A stretch of DNA of 64,000 bases from the NCBI GenBank assembly GCA_902591665.1, contig CACJBO010000001.1, positions 199,085-263,084 on the forward strand, given 5' to 3'. Source of the DNA: an uncultured SAR86 cluster bacterium. Its GTDB lineage: Bacteria > Pseudomonadota > Gammaproteobacteria > Magnimaribacterales > D2472. The notes beneath the pieces are model-generated. The model was not told the origin of the DNA. It was given only the letters and a program-made list of their open reading frames with translations, and did no database searches. Position 1 is the stretch's first letter, and every line of letters starts with the position of its first letter. Below, one piece after another: positions 46,927-55,438 of the stretch. Made by a program: the position numbers and the translations under genes.

Positions 46927-48004
46927 ATTTTTTTTAATAATCTATACATTTTCAATCGCTGTAGGAGCAAATACCAATCCAATTCTTATAGATTATTTTG
47001 AAAAAGTGTATTCAGAAGAAAAAAATAAATTTTTAAGCTGTATTGAAAATGAGGGTTTATCGAAGAAAGATCAAATTTACTCAGATTGTAGAATAAGTGA
47101 AGAGCTTAAAGACGCAGCTTTTATAACCCACAATAAAAAAACTATAAGTTCTTATGATTTTCTTGATCACATTTCAGCATATAAATCTATAAAAAAAGTT
47201 AGGCCAATCTATCCCAGCAAAATGGGGCAAGAAGGTGAAATGGGATATTTGATTGTAAAATTTGACATAGATAAAAATGGAAAGACCATAAATTATCAAA
47301 TTCTAGAGAGACAATGTGGAAATGTTTATAACCCAAGAACAGAATTCATTAGCTGTGATGGTTTTGATAGAGCCACACTAACAGCAGTAAAAAAATTAAA
47401 ATATGAGCCAACTCAAATTAACAACGAACCAGTTGTTCATAGAGACGTTTTACATAAATTTACTTTTTTAATGGCTCAAGAAAAAAACGTACTGCTAGAT
47501 GGTGGCGCTAATCAATACAATAAGCTAATTTCTGCAATGAAAAGAAATGAGTTTGAGAGGGCATTAAAAATTGCAAATGAAAATCTCGAAAAAGATAGCT
47601 ATTTTCTTTATCAGAAGGCCGTAATCAAGTTTTATATGAAAGACTACAAACAAAGTGTAGAGCTCTTTAATAAGTTCTCTAATGAGGTCACCTTAAATAA
47701 AAAAGAAATTAATGATGAGTATCATGTTACAAGCTTTAGCATGCTTATCACTGCTTTATTTAATCTCGGCCAATATCAAGAAATAGTCGATTTGGAAAAA
47801 AATTATAAAATTTATGCGAAAGAAAGAAGTGAGTACGCTAACCTTTTAACAATGACAAATTTTTATATTGGAGCTGCATTTATTAATAATGGTAATATTC
47901 CGAAGGGGGCATTTTATATGACTCTGGCAAGCAGAAATGCCTCATCAAAAGCACAGTCAGATTACTTTGATTCTTTTATAGATAGAATTTCTAATTATTT
48001 ATAG
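46913..48004 (+). CDS. Secreted protein with a TonB C-terminal-like domain followed by a helical TPR-like region
   Basis: 363 aa with signal peptide MKHIKFFLIIYTFSIAVGA. The central RPIYPSKMGQEGEMGYLIVKFDIDKNGKTINYQILE...AVKKLKYEP resembles a TonB_C fold. The helical C-terminal half has repeat-like character. The start overlaps the polA stop by 14 nt. Confidence 0.5.
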   Translation: MKHIKFFLIIYTFSIAVGANTNPILIDYFEKVYSEEKNKFLSCIENEGLSKKDQIYSDCRISEELKDAAFITHNKKTISSYDFLDHISAYKSIKKVRPIYPSKMGQEGEMGYLIVKFDIDKNGKTINYQILERQCGNVYNPRTEFISCDGFDRATLTAVKKLKYEPTQINNEPVVHRDVLHKFTFLMAQEKNVLLDGGANQYNKLISAMKRNEFERALKIANENLEKDSYFLYQKAVIKFYMKDYKQSVELFNKFSNEVTLNKKEINDEYHVTSFSMLITALFNLGQYQEIVDLEKNYKIYAKERSEYANLLTMTNFYIGAAFINNGNIPKGAFYMTLASRNASSKAQSDYFDSFIDRISNYL

Positions 48005-48506
48005 AGCCTGACCACTTGGTTGGTATGTAATTTAATTCTTCTGCTGAAAGTACATTGATGCCATGGATATTTCTTAGTTCAGATATTTTCATGCCTAAAT
48101 ATTCCTCGGGCATCTGGAAAGGCCATTTTTTTTTCATTTTACGCGTCCTAAAGAAAACTTTTCTTTTGATCGCTAGAGTATTCCAATAAAGGCCTAAAAA
48201 TCCCATGATTCCTAATTCACTCATCAGTCTTTTTTGAAGATCCTTGATTTGTGGGAGCTTTGCATAGCCTAGAAGATATTTCCATTTAAATGAAGTGCCC
48301 CATAGGACCCACGTATCTAATATAGCTTCCTGATCAATTGATATATCGAGACCAAAAATTACATGCGTACAATCGTGGTCGCGCAAAAGGTATCCAGACC
48401 CAGGACTGTCTTTTAATATTTCTTTTGATTCAGGAAAAGATTGGTAGTAGCATTCCAGACCTTCTCTTAAGGTTAATTCACAATCTTGTTTTTGGTATTC
48501 AAGCAC
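47991..48506 (-). CDS. Hypothetical protein with a Coq4-like HDxxH-x11-E motif
   Basis: 171 aa. RDHDCTHVIFGLDISIDQE fits the Coq4-family putative zinc motif as I recall it. Overlaps engB by 8 nt (same strand), suggesting translational coupling. Confidence 0.4.
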   Translation of the reverse strand: MLEYQKQDCELTLREGLECYYQSFPESKEILKDSPGSGYLLRDHDCTHVIFGLDISIDQEAILDTWVLWGTSFKWKYLLGYAKLPQIKDLQKRLMSELGIMGFLGLYWNTLAIKRKVFFRTRKMKKKWPFQMPEEYLGMKISELRNIHGINVLSAEELNYIPTKWSGSINN

Positions 48507-49083
48507 TAGAAAATTTTAGTATTTCCTTAGATAGCTTGTCAAAACCGGTAATATCTTTTGAAGATACTGTTATAGCTTCCACACCAACCATATTTTTATT
48601 TACTTGAGCAAGAGCTTTATTTTTTTGATTGTTGGACATTTTATCGCTTTTGGTTAATACGGGTATGAAAGGAACATTCTCACTATTACATAGGGCAATC
48701 ATATCCTTATCACGATCTTTTAGCGGGTGTCTGATATCCATAAAAATAACAACAGCTCTTAGAGATTCTCTTCTTGCAAAGTATTCCTCTAGAAGAGGAG
48801 CCCAATCTTTCCTTTTATACGAGCTAGATTTAGCAAAGCCATATCCTGGTAAATCTACTAACTTAAGTGAATCATTTACCTCAAAAAAATTAATCTCAGT
48901 TGTTCTTCCTGGGGTCTTACTAATTCTTGCTAGTTTTGGATTGTCAGTTAACGCATTAAGAGCACTCGACTTTCCAGCATTAGATCTTCCTGCCAAAAGA
49001 ATCTCATTACCCACATCTTCTGGTAAGTTTTTATACTTGGTTACCCCAAGCATGAATTTTGTATCTTTAAAAAGGTTTTTCAT
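48499..49083 (-). CDS. engB: Ribosome biogenesis GTPase EngB (YihA/YsxC)
   Basis: 194 aa with GRSNAGKSS (G1), DLPGYG (G3) and TKSDK (G4). Confidence 0.92.
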   Translation of the reverse strand: MKNLFKDTKFMLGVTKYKNLPEDVGNEILLAGRSNAGKSSALNALTDNPKLARISKTPGRTTEINFFEVNDSLKLVDLPGYGFAKSSSYKRKDWAPLLEEYFARRESLRAVVIFMDIRHPLKDRDKDMIALCNSENVPFIPVLTKSDKMSNNQKNKALAQVNKNMVGVEAITVSSKDITGFDKLSKEILKFSSA

Positions 49084-49150
49084 TTAATCGTTTATATCAT
49101 ACCAACCTATGTTTATAATACACATCACAAAGACACACTTATTTAGTTTT

Positions 49151-49816
49151 ATGAAATCATTTTTGATATTAATAGCTTCTTTTGGTTTAGCGTTTAATAC
49201 CTATGCAGCTGAGAAATCACTCAGCCCAGAAGATATGCCACAAGGATTTAAGTCAGGAGATGCTTCTGCTGGTTCATCTCTTGTTGAGTCATGTGTTGCC
49301 TGTCATGGTACAGATGGTAATAGCATGAATACTGACTGGCCTAAGTTAGCAGGACAAAATGAAAAATATTTATTCGAACAGTTAAAATATTTTAAAAGTG
49401 GTGAAAGGAATAATGCATTAATGATGACAGTTACTCCGTATTTACAGTCTTTGAATAATAAAGATTTATTGGACATAGCAGCTTTTTATAGCTCAAATAT
49501 CTCGACTGGAGGTCAGGCAAAAAATGATACGGAATTGCTTGAACTTGGTACCAAGTTATATAGGTTTGGAGACATTAAAAAGCAAATACCAGCATGCACA
49601 TCATGTCATTCGGTTTATGGCGATGGTAATAATTTAGCAAACTATCCTTCGGTTGCAGGTCAACAAGTTGGATATTTAGTTTCATCATTAAAAGCTTATA
49701 GGTCAAAAGAAAGAAATGCTGGAGAACAATCTTTGGTTATGCAATCTATAGCTGAAAATCTTACTGACAATGAGATAGATGCATTAGCAAATTACATGCA
49801 TGGACTTTATAAATAA
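49151..49816 (+). CDS. Diheme cytochrome c4
   Basis: Two CXXCH sites (CVACH, CTSCH) and a signal peptide MKSFLILIASFGLAFNTYA. I prefer the ATG at 49151 over the ORF-track start at 49109. Confidence 0.88.
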   Translation: MKSFLILIASFGLAFNTYAAEKSLSPEDMPQGFKSGDASAGSSLVESCVACHGTDGNSMNTDWPKLAGQNEKYLFEQLKYFKSGERNNALMMTVTPYLQSLNNKDLLDIAAFYSSNISTGGQAKNDTELLELGTKLYRFGDIKKQIPACTSCHSVYGDGNNLANYPSVAGQQVGYLVSSLKAYRSKERNAGEQSLVMQSIAENLTDNEIDALANYMHGLYK

Positions 49817-50436
49817 TGAGCGTTTTTTCTAAGATATTTCATTTCTCATTAGTAGCAATTTTTGCTATTTCTATCAGTGCTGAATATAAGCTTGGTAGAG
49901 ACTACAAATTAATTGACAATCCATTGCCTGTTAAAAAAGATGGAGTTGTTGAGGTAACAGAATCTTTTTGGTATGGATGCTATGGATGTTATTCATTTGA
50001 ACCTGCAGTAAATGCTTGGGCAGCAAAACAAGGTTCTGATGTTAAATTTAGAAAAATGCCAGTTTCTTGGGCGCCAGTTCATAGGCTTCATGCAAGACTT
50101 TATTACACGATAGAATCTTTAGATTTAGACCCATCAACTCATTCTGCAGTATTTGTTACTATGCATAAAGAAGGTAATATGTTGCAAAGAGAAAGCAGCG
50201 TTAAAGATTTTCTATCTAAATTTGATGTAGCTCCAGAAATAACAGAAAAATATTTAAAATCTTTTACTATTAATCAGAAGATAAATCGTGATGCAAAGCA
50301 AGCAAGACAAATGATGTTAACAGCTACTCCAATGATAGTTGTAGATGGAACATACATAATAGAAAATAGAGGATCTTTTGCAGATATGCTGAAAGTTGCT
50401 GATTATGTTATTGAGCTTCAAAGACCAAACTCTTAG
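49816..50436 (+). CDS. dsbA: Thiol:disulfide interchange protein DsbA
   Basis: 206 aa with a signal peptide and active site FWYGCYGCY (CxxC). TAATG overlap with cytochrome c4. Confidence 0.88.
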   Translation: MSVFSKIFHFSLVAIFAISISAEYKLGRDYKLIDNPLPVKKDGVVEVTESFWYGCYGCYSFEPAVNAWAAKQGSDVKFRKMPVSWAPVHRLHARLYYTIESLDLDPSTHSAVFVTMHKEGNMLQRESSVKDFLSKFDVAPEITEKYLKSFTINQKINRDAKQARQMMLTATPMIVVDGTYIIENRGSFADMLKVADYVIELQRPNS

Positions 50437-50443
50437 GAATAAT

Positions 50444-50842
50444 ATGAAAAATAAATACTACTTATATATTTTACCCTTATGCGCAATATTTCTTTTTAAT
50501 GGCAAAAAGTATGACGAATCTGTCATAGAAAGAATTCATCTCAATGTAAATATTTGTGTTGAAGGTCAAGAGTGTGGTGAAGTTGCAATGATTGCAGATG
50601 CTAGCACTGCATCAAAGGGAACAAAGCTTTATGCTGGCTGTATTGCATGTCATGGTGCAAAAGGCGAAGGTGGAATTGGTCCTTCATTCAAGGGTCAGAA
50701 AAGTGACTATATCGCAGCCGCTCTCAATGAATATAAGAATAATATTGAAAGAGGCCCGCAAAGTGCGCTTATGTATGCTCAGGCAGCAGCACTTTCTGAA
50801 AGCGACATAAAAGAGTTATCAAAGTATATAGTTACTCTTTAG
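50444..50842 (+). CDS. Monoheme class I cytochrome c
   Basis: A single CIACH site and an N-terminal hydrophobic anchor or signal. I prefer the ATG at 50444, which is preceded by AGGAA. Confidence 0.8.
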   Translation: MKNKYYLYILPLCAIFLFNGKKYDESVIERIHLNVNICVEGQECGEVAMIADASTASKGTKLYAGCIACHGAKGEGGIGPSFKGQKSDYIAAALNEYKNNIERGPQSALMYAQAAALSESDIKELSKYIVTL

Positions 50843-51071
50843 CATTATTCTCAAGATCAATTATTCTTTTTTCTAAGTTATTGGCTAACTTTTCTAAAGC
50901 TATATATTTTGATTTTGAAACATAACCACTTTTTTCAATTAGCTTTTCTATTTCTGGCCCAATAACTTTTTGTAAGTTTTGTAAAAGATCTGGGGGCAAG
51001 ATATCTTTGACGGAACCCATTTCTTTTTTAAGAATATTTATTACGGCTTTTGAAAGCTCATCTTGACTCAT
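50832..51071 (-). CDS. ubiK: BMFP/UbiK (YqiC)-like coiled-coil protein
   Basis: 79 aa from the ATG at 51071 (preceded by GAGGA). The C-terminal YVSKSKYIALEKLANNLEKRIIDLEN parallels E. coli YqiC [33 protein letters not shown]. Confidence 0.45.
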   Translation of the reverse strand: MSQDELSKAVINILKKEMGSVKDILPPDLLQNLQKVIGPEIEKLIEKSGYVSKSKYIALEKLANNLEKRIIDLENNAKE

Positions 51072-51768
51072 ATTTTTCCTCAATAATTTTCGCTAAATTT
51101 TGCCAATCGTAAAACTGATCAGGATTTTCAAAATCTTGCTTCCATATAGCCCTCGTATTATTAAACCACAAGACCTCTATGCCAAGAGCATGTGCGCCTA
51201 AAATATCATTAATCTGATGATCCCCTACATGAAGCATTTCACTATATTTAAGATTGGGAAGATGGCTTTTAGCTAATTCAAAATGTGATTTATTGGGTTT
51301 GCTATTTTGTGCTTCAAGAGAGCTAATTGAAAATTCAAAATATTTTCCAATTGATAGTTTATAAATATCCGCATTGCCGTTAGTAAGAACTCCAAGCATA
51401 TAATTCTCTGACAGAGTTTTAAGAGCACTTTCCACCCCGGGAAATAATTTAATCTCATGTCTTTTTTTAAGAAAATAGTCAAAAGCATCTTCTGCAAGTT
51501 TTGTTATATCATCAGCAGATGCAAGGCCCTTGATCTTTTCTTTAAAAATCTCAATTCTAAGTTTACTTATATCCCATGTGATACTTCTATCTTTCTTTAT
51601 CAGAGTTTCTCTTAGTTGGAGAAAGTCATTTAAGTCTCCCCACTCAATTGTTCCAACTCTATCTTCAATCCATTCTCTAGTTTTAATTTCAGCATTGGTT
51701 ATTGTTGGTTTGTTATCCCACAATGTGTCGTCAAGATCAAAAGTAATCATCTTAATTTTATTGGTCAT
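51058..51768 (-). CDS. HAD-superfamily hydrolase (YigB-like by operon position)
   Basis: 236 aa with the FDLDDTLW (DxDxT) motif. Last gene of a dapF-DUF484-xerC-HAD arrangement like the E. coli dapF-yigA-xerC-yigB operon. Confidence 0.8.
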   Translation of the reverse strand: MTNKIKMITFDLDDTLWDNKPTITNAEIKTREWIEDRVGTIEWGDLNDFLQLRETLIKKDRSITWDISKLRIEIFKEKIKGLASADDITKLAEDAFDYFLKKRHEIKLFPGVESALKTLSENYMLGVLTNGNADIYKLSIGKYFEFSISSLEAQNSKPNKSHFELAKSHLPNLKYSEMLHVGDHQINDILGAHALGIEVLWFNNTRAIWKQDFENPDQFYDWQNLAKIIEEKYESR

Positions 51769-52673
51769 TTTTTTGCTCTTGGATGTGCTTGATCATAGAT
51801 TTTAACAAGATGTTGGTAGTCTAATTTAGTATATATTTGGGTTGTTGATAATGAGCTGTGACCTAATAATTCTTGTATAGTTCTAAGATCACCACTTGAC
51901 TCTAACATGTGCGTAGCAAAGCTATGTCTTAACATATGAGGATGAATTGGGGGCAATCCTTGCTTTAAGGCTAATTTTTTTAATCTTAATTGTATGCTTC
52001 TAACTGTCAGCCTTGACCCTTTTAAACTTATGAACAGGGCACTAGATTTATCAGAGTACTTAGCACGTTCTAAAATCCAATTTTCTATAGCGGCCTTCGC
52101 ATACCTACCAATTGGAACCAATCTGGTTTTAGATCCTTTGCCCAAAACTCTTAGAAAAGACATTTCTTCTTCGAAGTCCTCTAAATTAATATTTGCAGCC
52201 TCTGAAACCCTTAATCCCGATGAGTACATTAATTCAACAATTGCCAGATCACGCATTTCAAGAGAATCAGTTGGTTTAAAATTTAGTAACTGGCTGACAT
52301 CTTCAGGTGACAACACTTCAGGTAGATAACTGGGAGCCTTGGGTGCTGTAATTAGGTCAAAAGGTGATGAGTCAATTAAAGAATTTTTTCTAAGAAATTT
52401 AAAAAAACCTTTTGCAGATGAAAGATGTCTTTGGATGCTTCTAGGATTATTTTCTAAAGCATAAAGACTTCCAAGCCATCCAGAGCATACTGAATCATCG
52501 ATGTCATAGTAGGTCGATATATTTATAGACTGTAAATATTTAGATAATTTTTTTAGATCTCTTTGATAAGAACTAGAGGTATTTTTTGAAAGATTTTTAA
52601 CTTCAGAAATATAATTTATATAAAGCTCTATATCTTTATTAACAAAATATTTTTCAGGCATTAAGGCTGTCAA
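51765..52673 (-). CDS. xerC: Tyrosine site-specific recombinase XerC
   Basis: RHSFATHML and LGHSSLSTTQIYT catalytic blocks in the conserved dapF-DUF484-xerC context. An alternative ATG start exists at 52661. Confidence 0.88.
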   Translation of the reverse strand: MTALMPEKYFVNKDIELYINYISEVKNLSKNTSSSYQRDLKKLSKYLQSINISTYYDIDDSVCSGWLGSLYALENNPRSIQRHLSSAKGFFKFLRKNSLIDSSPFDLITAPKAPSYLPEVLSPEDVSQLLNFKPTDSLEMRDLAIVELMYSSGLRVSEAANINLEDFEEEMSFLRVLGKGSKTRLVPIGRYAKAAIENWILERAKYSDKSSALFISLKGSRLTVRSIQLRLKKLALKQGLPPIHPHMLRHSFATHMLESSGDLRTIQELLGHSSLSTTQIYTKLDYQHLVKIYDQAHPRAKK

Positions 52674-53292
52674 TCGATTGGAATTTTTTTTCTAAGATAT
52701 CCCTTATATATTCTATAAAAGTTGTATCCTCATCTCCAAGATACCTGGTTCTATCATAGCTACCAAGCTTAAGTAAACCTATCTCTGATTTATTAACTAA
52801 AACAGCTATAGCCAATGACTCAATCTTCTTATCATTAAACAAGAACTCCATTTTTTCATTGGAAAAAGATCCACAATGAATAGCACCTTTATGAAAAGAC
52901 ATACCAGTCTTTTGTTCAATATCATCTATTTCTGAATTGGAATAAAAATCTAATTGACAGTTATTTACGTTAAAACTTTTTTTAAAATCATTTTGAACAG
53001 TATTTATAACCTCATTCTTATCTAAAGCTTCTAGAATAGACAAAGTGAGCTCTTTAGACTTGTTAAATAAATCTTCATTTAACTGTGCTGTTTGAATAAA
53101 AGAAGTTAAAAGATTCATTAAGTCTTTCTGCTCATCTCTGAGCTTATTAATTTGTCGTTCAAGCAGGGATGATGCAGAGCTTGATGAATCTTTAAATTTC
53201 ATCTCACTAAGAAGAGATTCTCTTGATTCAAAAAAATCTATATTGTCGAGTAAAAATAATTCGACATCTTTTGAGTCTAATTTTTTAGACAT
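52654..53292 (-). CDS. DUF484 (YigA-like) protein
   Basis: 212 aa. N-terminal ...FLLDNIDFFESRESLLSEMKF is typical of DUF484. Located between dapF and xerC. Confidence 0.75.
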   Translation of the reverse strand: MSKKLDSKDVELFLLDNIDFFESRESLLSEMKFKDSSSSASSLLERQINKLRDEQKDLMNLLTSFIQTAQLNEDLFNKSKELTLSILEALDKNEVINTVQNDFKKSFNVNNCQLDFYSNSEIDDIEQKTGMSFHKGAIHCGSFSNEKMEFLFNDKKIESLAIAVLVNKSEIGLLKLGSYDRTRYLGDEDTTFIEYIRDILEKKFQSIDSLNA

Positions 53293-54058
53293 CTATATTT
53301 CCTGAATATATATATTTAGCTGGTCCCATCATTTCTATATTAGCATTATTTTTTTTAATAAAATTGAGTTCTCCTCCAGGAGATATAGTCTTAAATTTAT
53401 TTTTAATACACAAAGATGTAACCGCTAAAGCAGCAGATCCACAAGAAAATGTTTCACCAACACCGTTTTCATAAGTTCTCATTTCAGCAATATTCTTTGA
53501 TACTTTGTATATTGATAAATTAAACCCAAAAGGCTTTATTAATTTTTCAAGATTTTTATATATTGAATCTAAGTCTTTCTTTTTTATTGAGGGCGATTTA
53601 ATGCATAGATGCATATTCCCCGCATCCACCAAATCAAATTTATCTGAAATTAATTTTGCAAGTTTTGAATGAAGCTTAGTATCTATATATGGTGATGGTA
53701 TTTCTAGTAATGCTTTAACTTGATTTTTAAAAGGCTCACATAATACATGCCTGTTTTTAGTTTTAAAAGTAATGGATTTTTTTGGAGCAAAATTATTACG
53801 CCAAACATACGAAGCAGCACATCTTATTCCATTCAGGCACATCGAAGCTTCTCCTCCATCGGCATTAAAAAACCTTATTGAAAAATCAAAACTATCCTTT
53901 GTGGGCGGACCAATTAGAATTACTTGATCAAAACCAATACCAAAATTCCTATCTGATAGTATCTTAATTTTTGATTTTGATAATTTATAAGTATTTTCTA
54001 TTGAATTAATAACAATAAAATCATTGCCATTACCATGCATCTTATCAAAATTAATCAT
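53285..54058 (-). CDS. dapF: Diaminopimelate epimerase
   Basis: Begins MINFDKMHGNGNDFIVIN at the ATG at 54058 (ATGATTAA overlap with the lysA stop). Catalytic Cys motifs are present (SMCLNG, FSCGS). The ORF-track extension to 54130 lies inside lysA. Confidence 0.92.
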   Translation of the reverse strand: MINFDKMHGNGNDFIVINSIENTYKLSKSKIKILSDRNFGIGFDQVILIGPPTKDSFDFSIRFFNADGGEASMCLNGIRCAASYVWRNNFAPKKSITFKTKNRHVLCEPFKNQVKALLEIPSPYIDTKLHSKLAKLISDKFDLVDAGNMHLCIKSPSIKKKDLDSIYKNLEKLIKPFGFNLSIYKVSKNIAEMRTYENGVGETFSCGSAALAVTSLCIKNKFKTISPGGELNFIKKNNANIEMMGPAKYIYSGNIDV

Positions 54059-55289
54059 TTTCAATCTTTTCCTTTTCAAGAAGATCATCAAGAGTTTCTC
54101 TTTGTCTAATGATCTTAGATTGATCCCCATCGATAAGAATTTCGCAGGCTTTTGGTCTTGAGTTGTAGTTTGATGCCATTACAAAACCATAAGCACCAGC
54201 ATTTTTAACAACAATCAAATCATCCTCATGTACATCAAGAGATGCATTCTTTGCTAGAAAATCTGATGATTCACATACTGGGCCAACAACATTCCATTTT
54301 TTTAAATTATCTTTTTTATCTTTTACATTGCATACATCATGATGAGCTTTGTAGAGCGAGGGTCTCAAAAGATCGTTCATAGCAGCATCAACAATCAAGA
54401 AATTATCTTTGATGTATTCAACCTTGGTTAGAAGAACTCCTGCATTTGCAGATATGCTTCTTCCGGGCTCTAATATTAATCTTTCTTTTCTGTTTTTGAA
54501 TTTATCTTCAAGACACGAGATAAGATCTAAAGGTGAGGGAGGGACTTCATTTTCATATGAAATACCTAGACCTCCTCCAAGATCTAAAAACTCTAGTGAA
54601 ATATCAAAATTTTCTAATTCATCTGCCAATTCAAAAATTTTATCAGCTGATTTCATAAACCCGTCAAGATCTAAAATTTGCGACCCAATGTGACAGGCAA
54701 GTCCAACTATTTTGAGATTTTTTGACTGGTGAGCATATTTGCACAAATCAATAACCTTTCTTGTATCAGAAATTCCAAATTTGTCACCTTTTCTACCGGT
54801 AGTTATATAGTCATGTCCGCCTGAATCAATGTCAGGGTTAATTCTTATTGAAATTGGTGCTGGAGATTCAATGTCATCGGCAATTTTCTCAATTCTGTAA
54901 AGCTCAGATTCAGACTCAACATTAAAAGATAAAATGCCACTATTAATACCTTGTTGAATCTCATTCTTTGTTTTACCTACTCCAGAAAAAATAATTTTTT
55001 TTGGCTCTGCGCCAATAGATAAGACCCTATGAAGTTCTCCACCAGATACAATATCAAACCCACAACCCGCATCTTTAATAATTTTTAATATTGATAAGTT
55101 GCTAAGTGATTTAACTGCAAAACAGGCGAGGTTTCTAGTATTTGTAAATGAATTTACATATGCTTTGGCATTTTCTTCTATAGTTTTTTTTGAATAAACA
55201 TATGAAGGCGTACCATGTTTTTCTTCAAGTACTGAAAGATCAACGCCTTCACAATGCAGGCTGCCATCTATGTATTTAAATGTATTCAT
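54051..55289 (-). CDS. lysA: Diaminopimelate decarboxylase
   Basis: 412 aa PLP-dependent fold III decarboxylase with the CESSD-type C-terminal motif (GPVCESSDFL). Confidence 0.95.
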   Translation of the reverse strand: MNTFKYIDGSLHCEGVDLSVLEEKHGTPSYVYSKKTIEENAKAYVNSFTNTRNLACFAVKSLSNLSILKIIKDAGCGFDIVSGGELHRVLSIGAEPKKIIFSGVGKTKNEIQQGINSGILSFNVESESELYRIEKIADDIESPAPISIRINPDIDSGGHDYITTGRKGDKFGISDTRKVIDLCKYAHQSKNLKIVGLACHIGSQILDLDGFMKSADKIFELADELENFDISLEFLDLGGGLGISYENEVPPSPLDLISCLEDKFKNRKERLILEPGRSISANAGVLLTKVEYIKDNFLIVDAAMNDLLRPSLYKAHHDVCNVKDKKDNLKKWNVVGPVCESSDFLAKNASLDVHEDDLIVVKNAGAYGFVMASNYNSRPKACEILIDGDQSKIIRQRETLDDLLEKEKIEND

Positions 55290-55393
55290 TGTATTTTTGT
55301 AACAACATATGAATTTACTAATGGGCCTTTTACACCACAGCTAGATATAGAAGCCAAGATTAGCAAACTAAATATAATTTTGATTAAATTCAT
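55286..55393 (-). CDS. Small lipoprotein of the YifL/LppL type (35 aa)
   Basis: Below the ORF-track cutoff. The reverse complement reads MNLIKIIFSLLILASISSCGVKGPLVNSYVVTKIQ*. A lipobox ending in Cys is followed by GVKGPL, as in E. coli YifL (...LTGCGLKGPLY). ATGA overlap with lysA. Confidence 0.7.
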   Translation of the reverse strand: MNLIKIIFSLLILASISSCGVKGPLVNSYVVTKIQ

Positions 55394-55400
55394 AGTGCGT

Positions 55401-55424
55401 ATTATGGGCAATTATGCCCATAAT
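55401..55424 (-). terminator. 10-bp perfect hairpin between the ahcY stop and the lipoprotein-lysA operon
   Basis: ATTATGGGCA / loop ATTA / TGCCCATAAT. It is the most GC-containing stem seen in any spacer of the window, but no U-tract follows on either strand. Confidence 0.3.
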
Positions 55425-55438
55425 TGCACAAATTAAGA

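Noticed and set aside
48629-49087. A 152-aa plus-strand ORF covering almost the entire engB locus. Similar long antisense ORFs occur at 19215-19598, 28792-29142, 37340-37708, 51994-52329, 3634-3966, 4670-4978 and 61115-61429.
   Set aside because: Each lies exactly antisense to a gene with unmistakable conserved motifs (for example engB GRSNAGKSS/DLPGYG). Their products are low-complexity Ser/Leu/Phe-rich with no recognisable motifs or RBS. This is typical shadow-ORF behaviour caused by the codon structure of the real gene.
51765-52673. A tyrosine recombinase as a possible integrase marking a mobile element or island.
   Set aside because: It sits in the conserved housekeeping dapF-DUF484-xerC-HAD operon. 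It has XerC-type catalytic blocks. No flanking direct repeats, tRNA target or phage/transposon genes are present.
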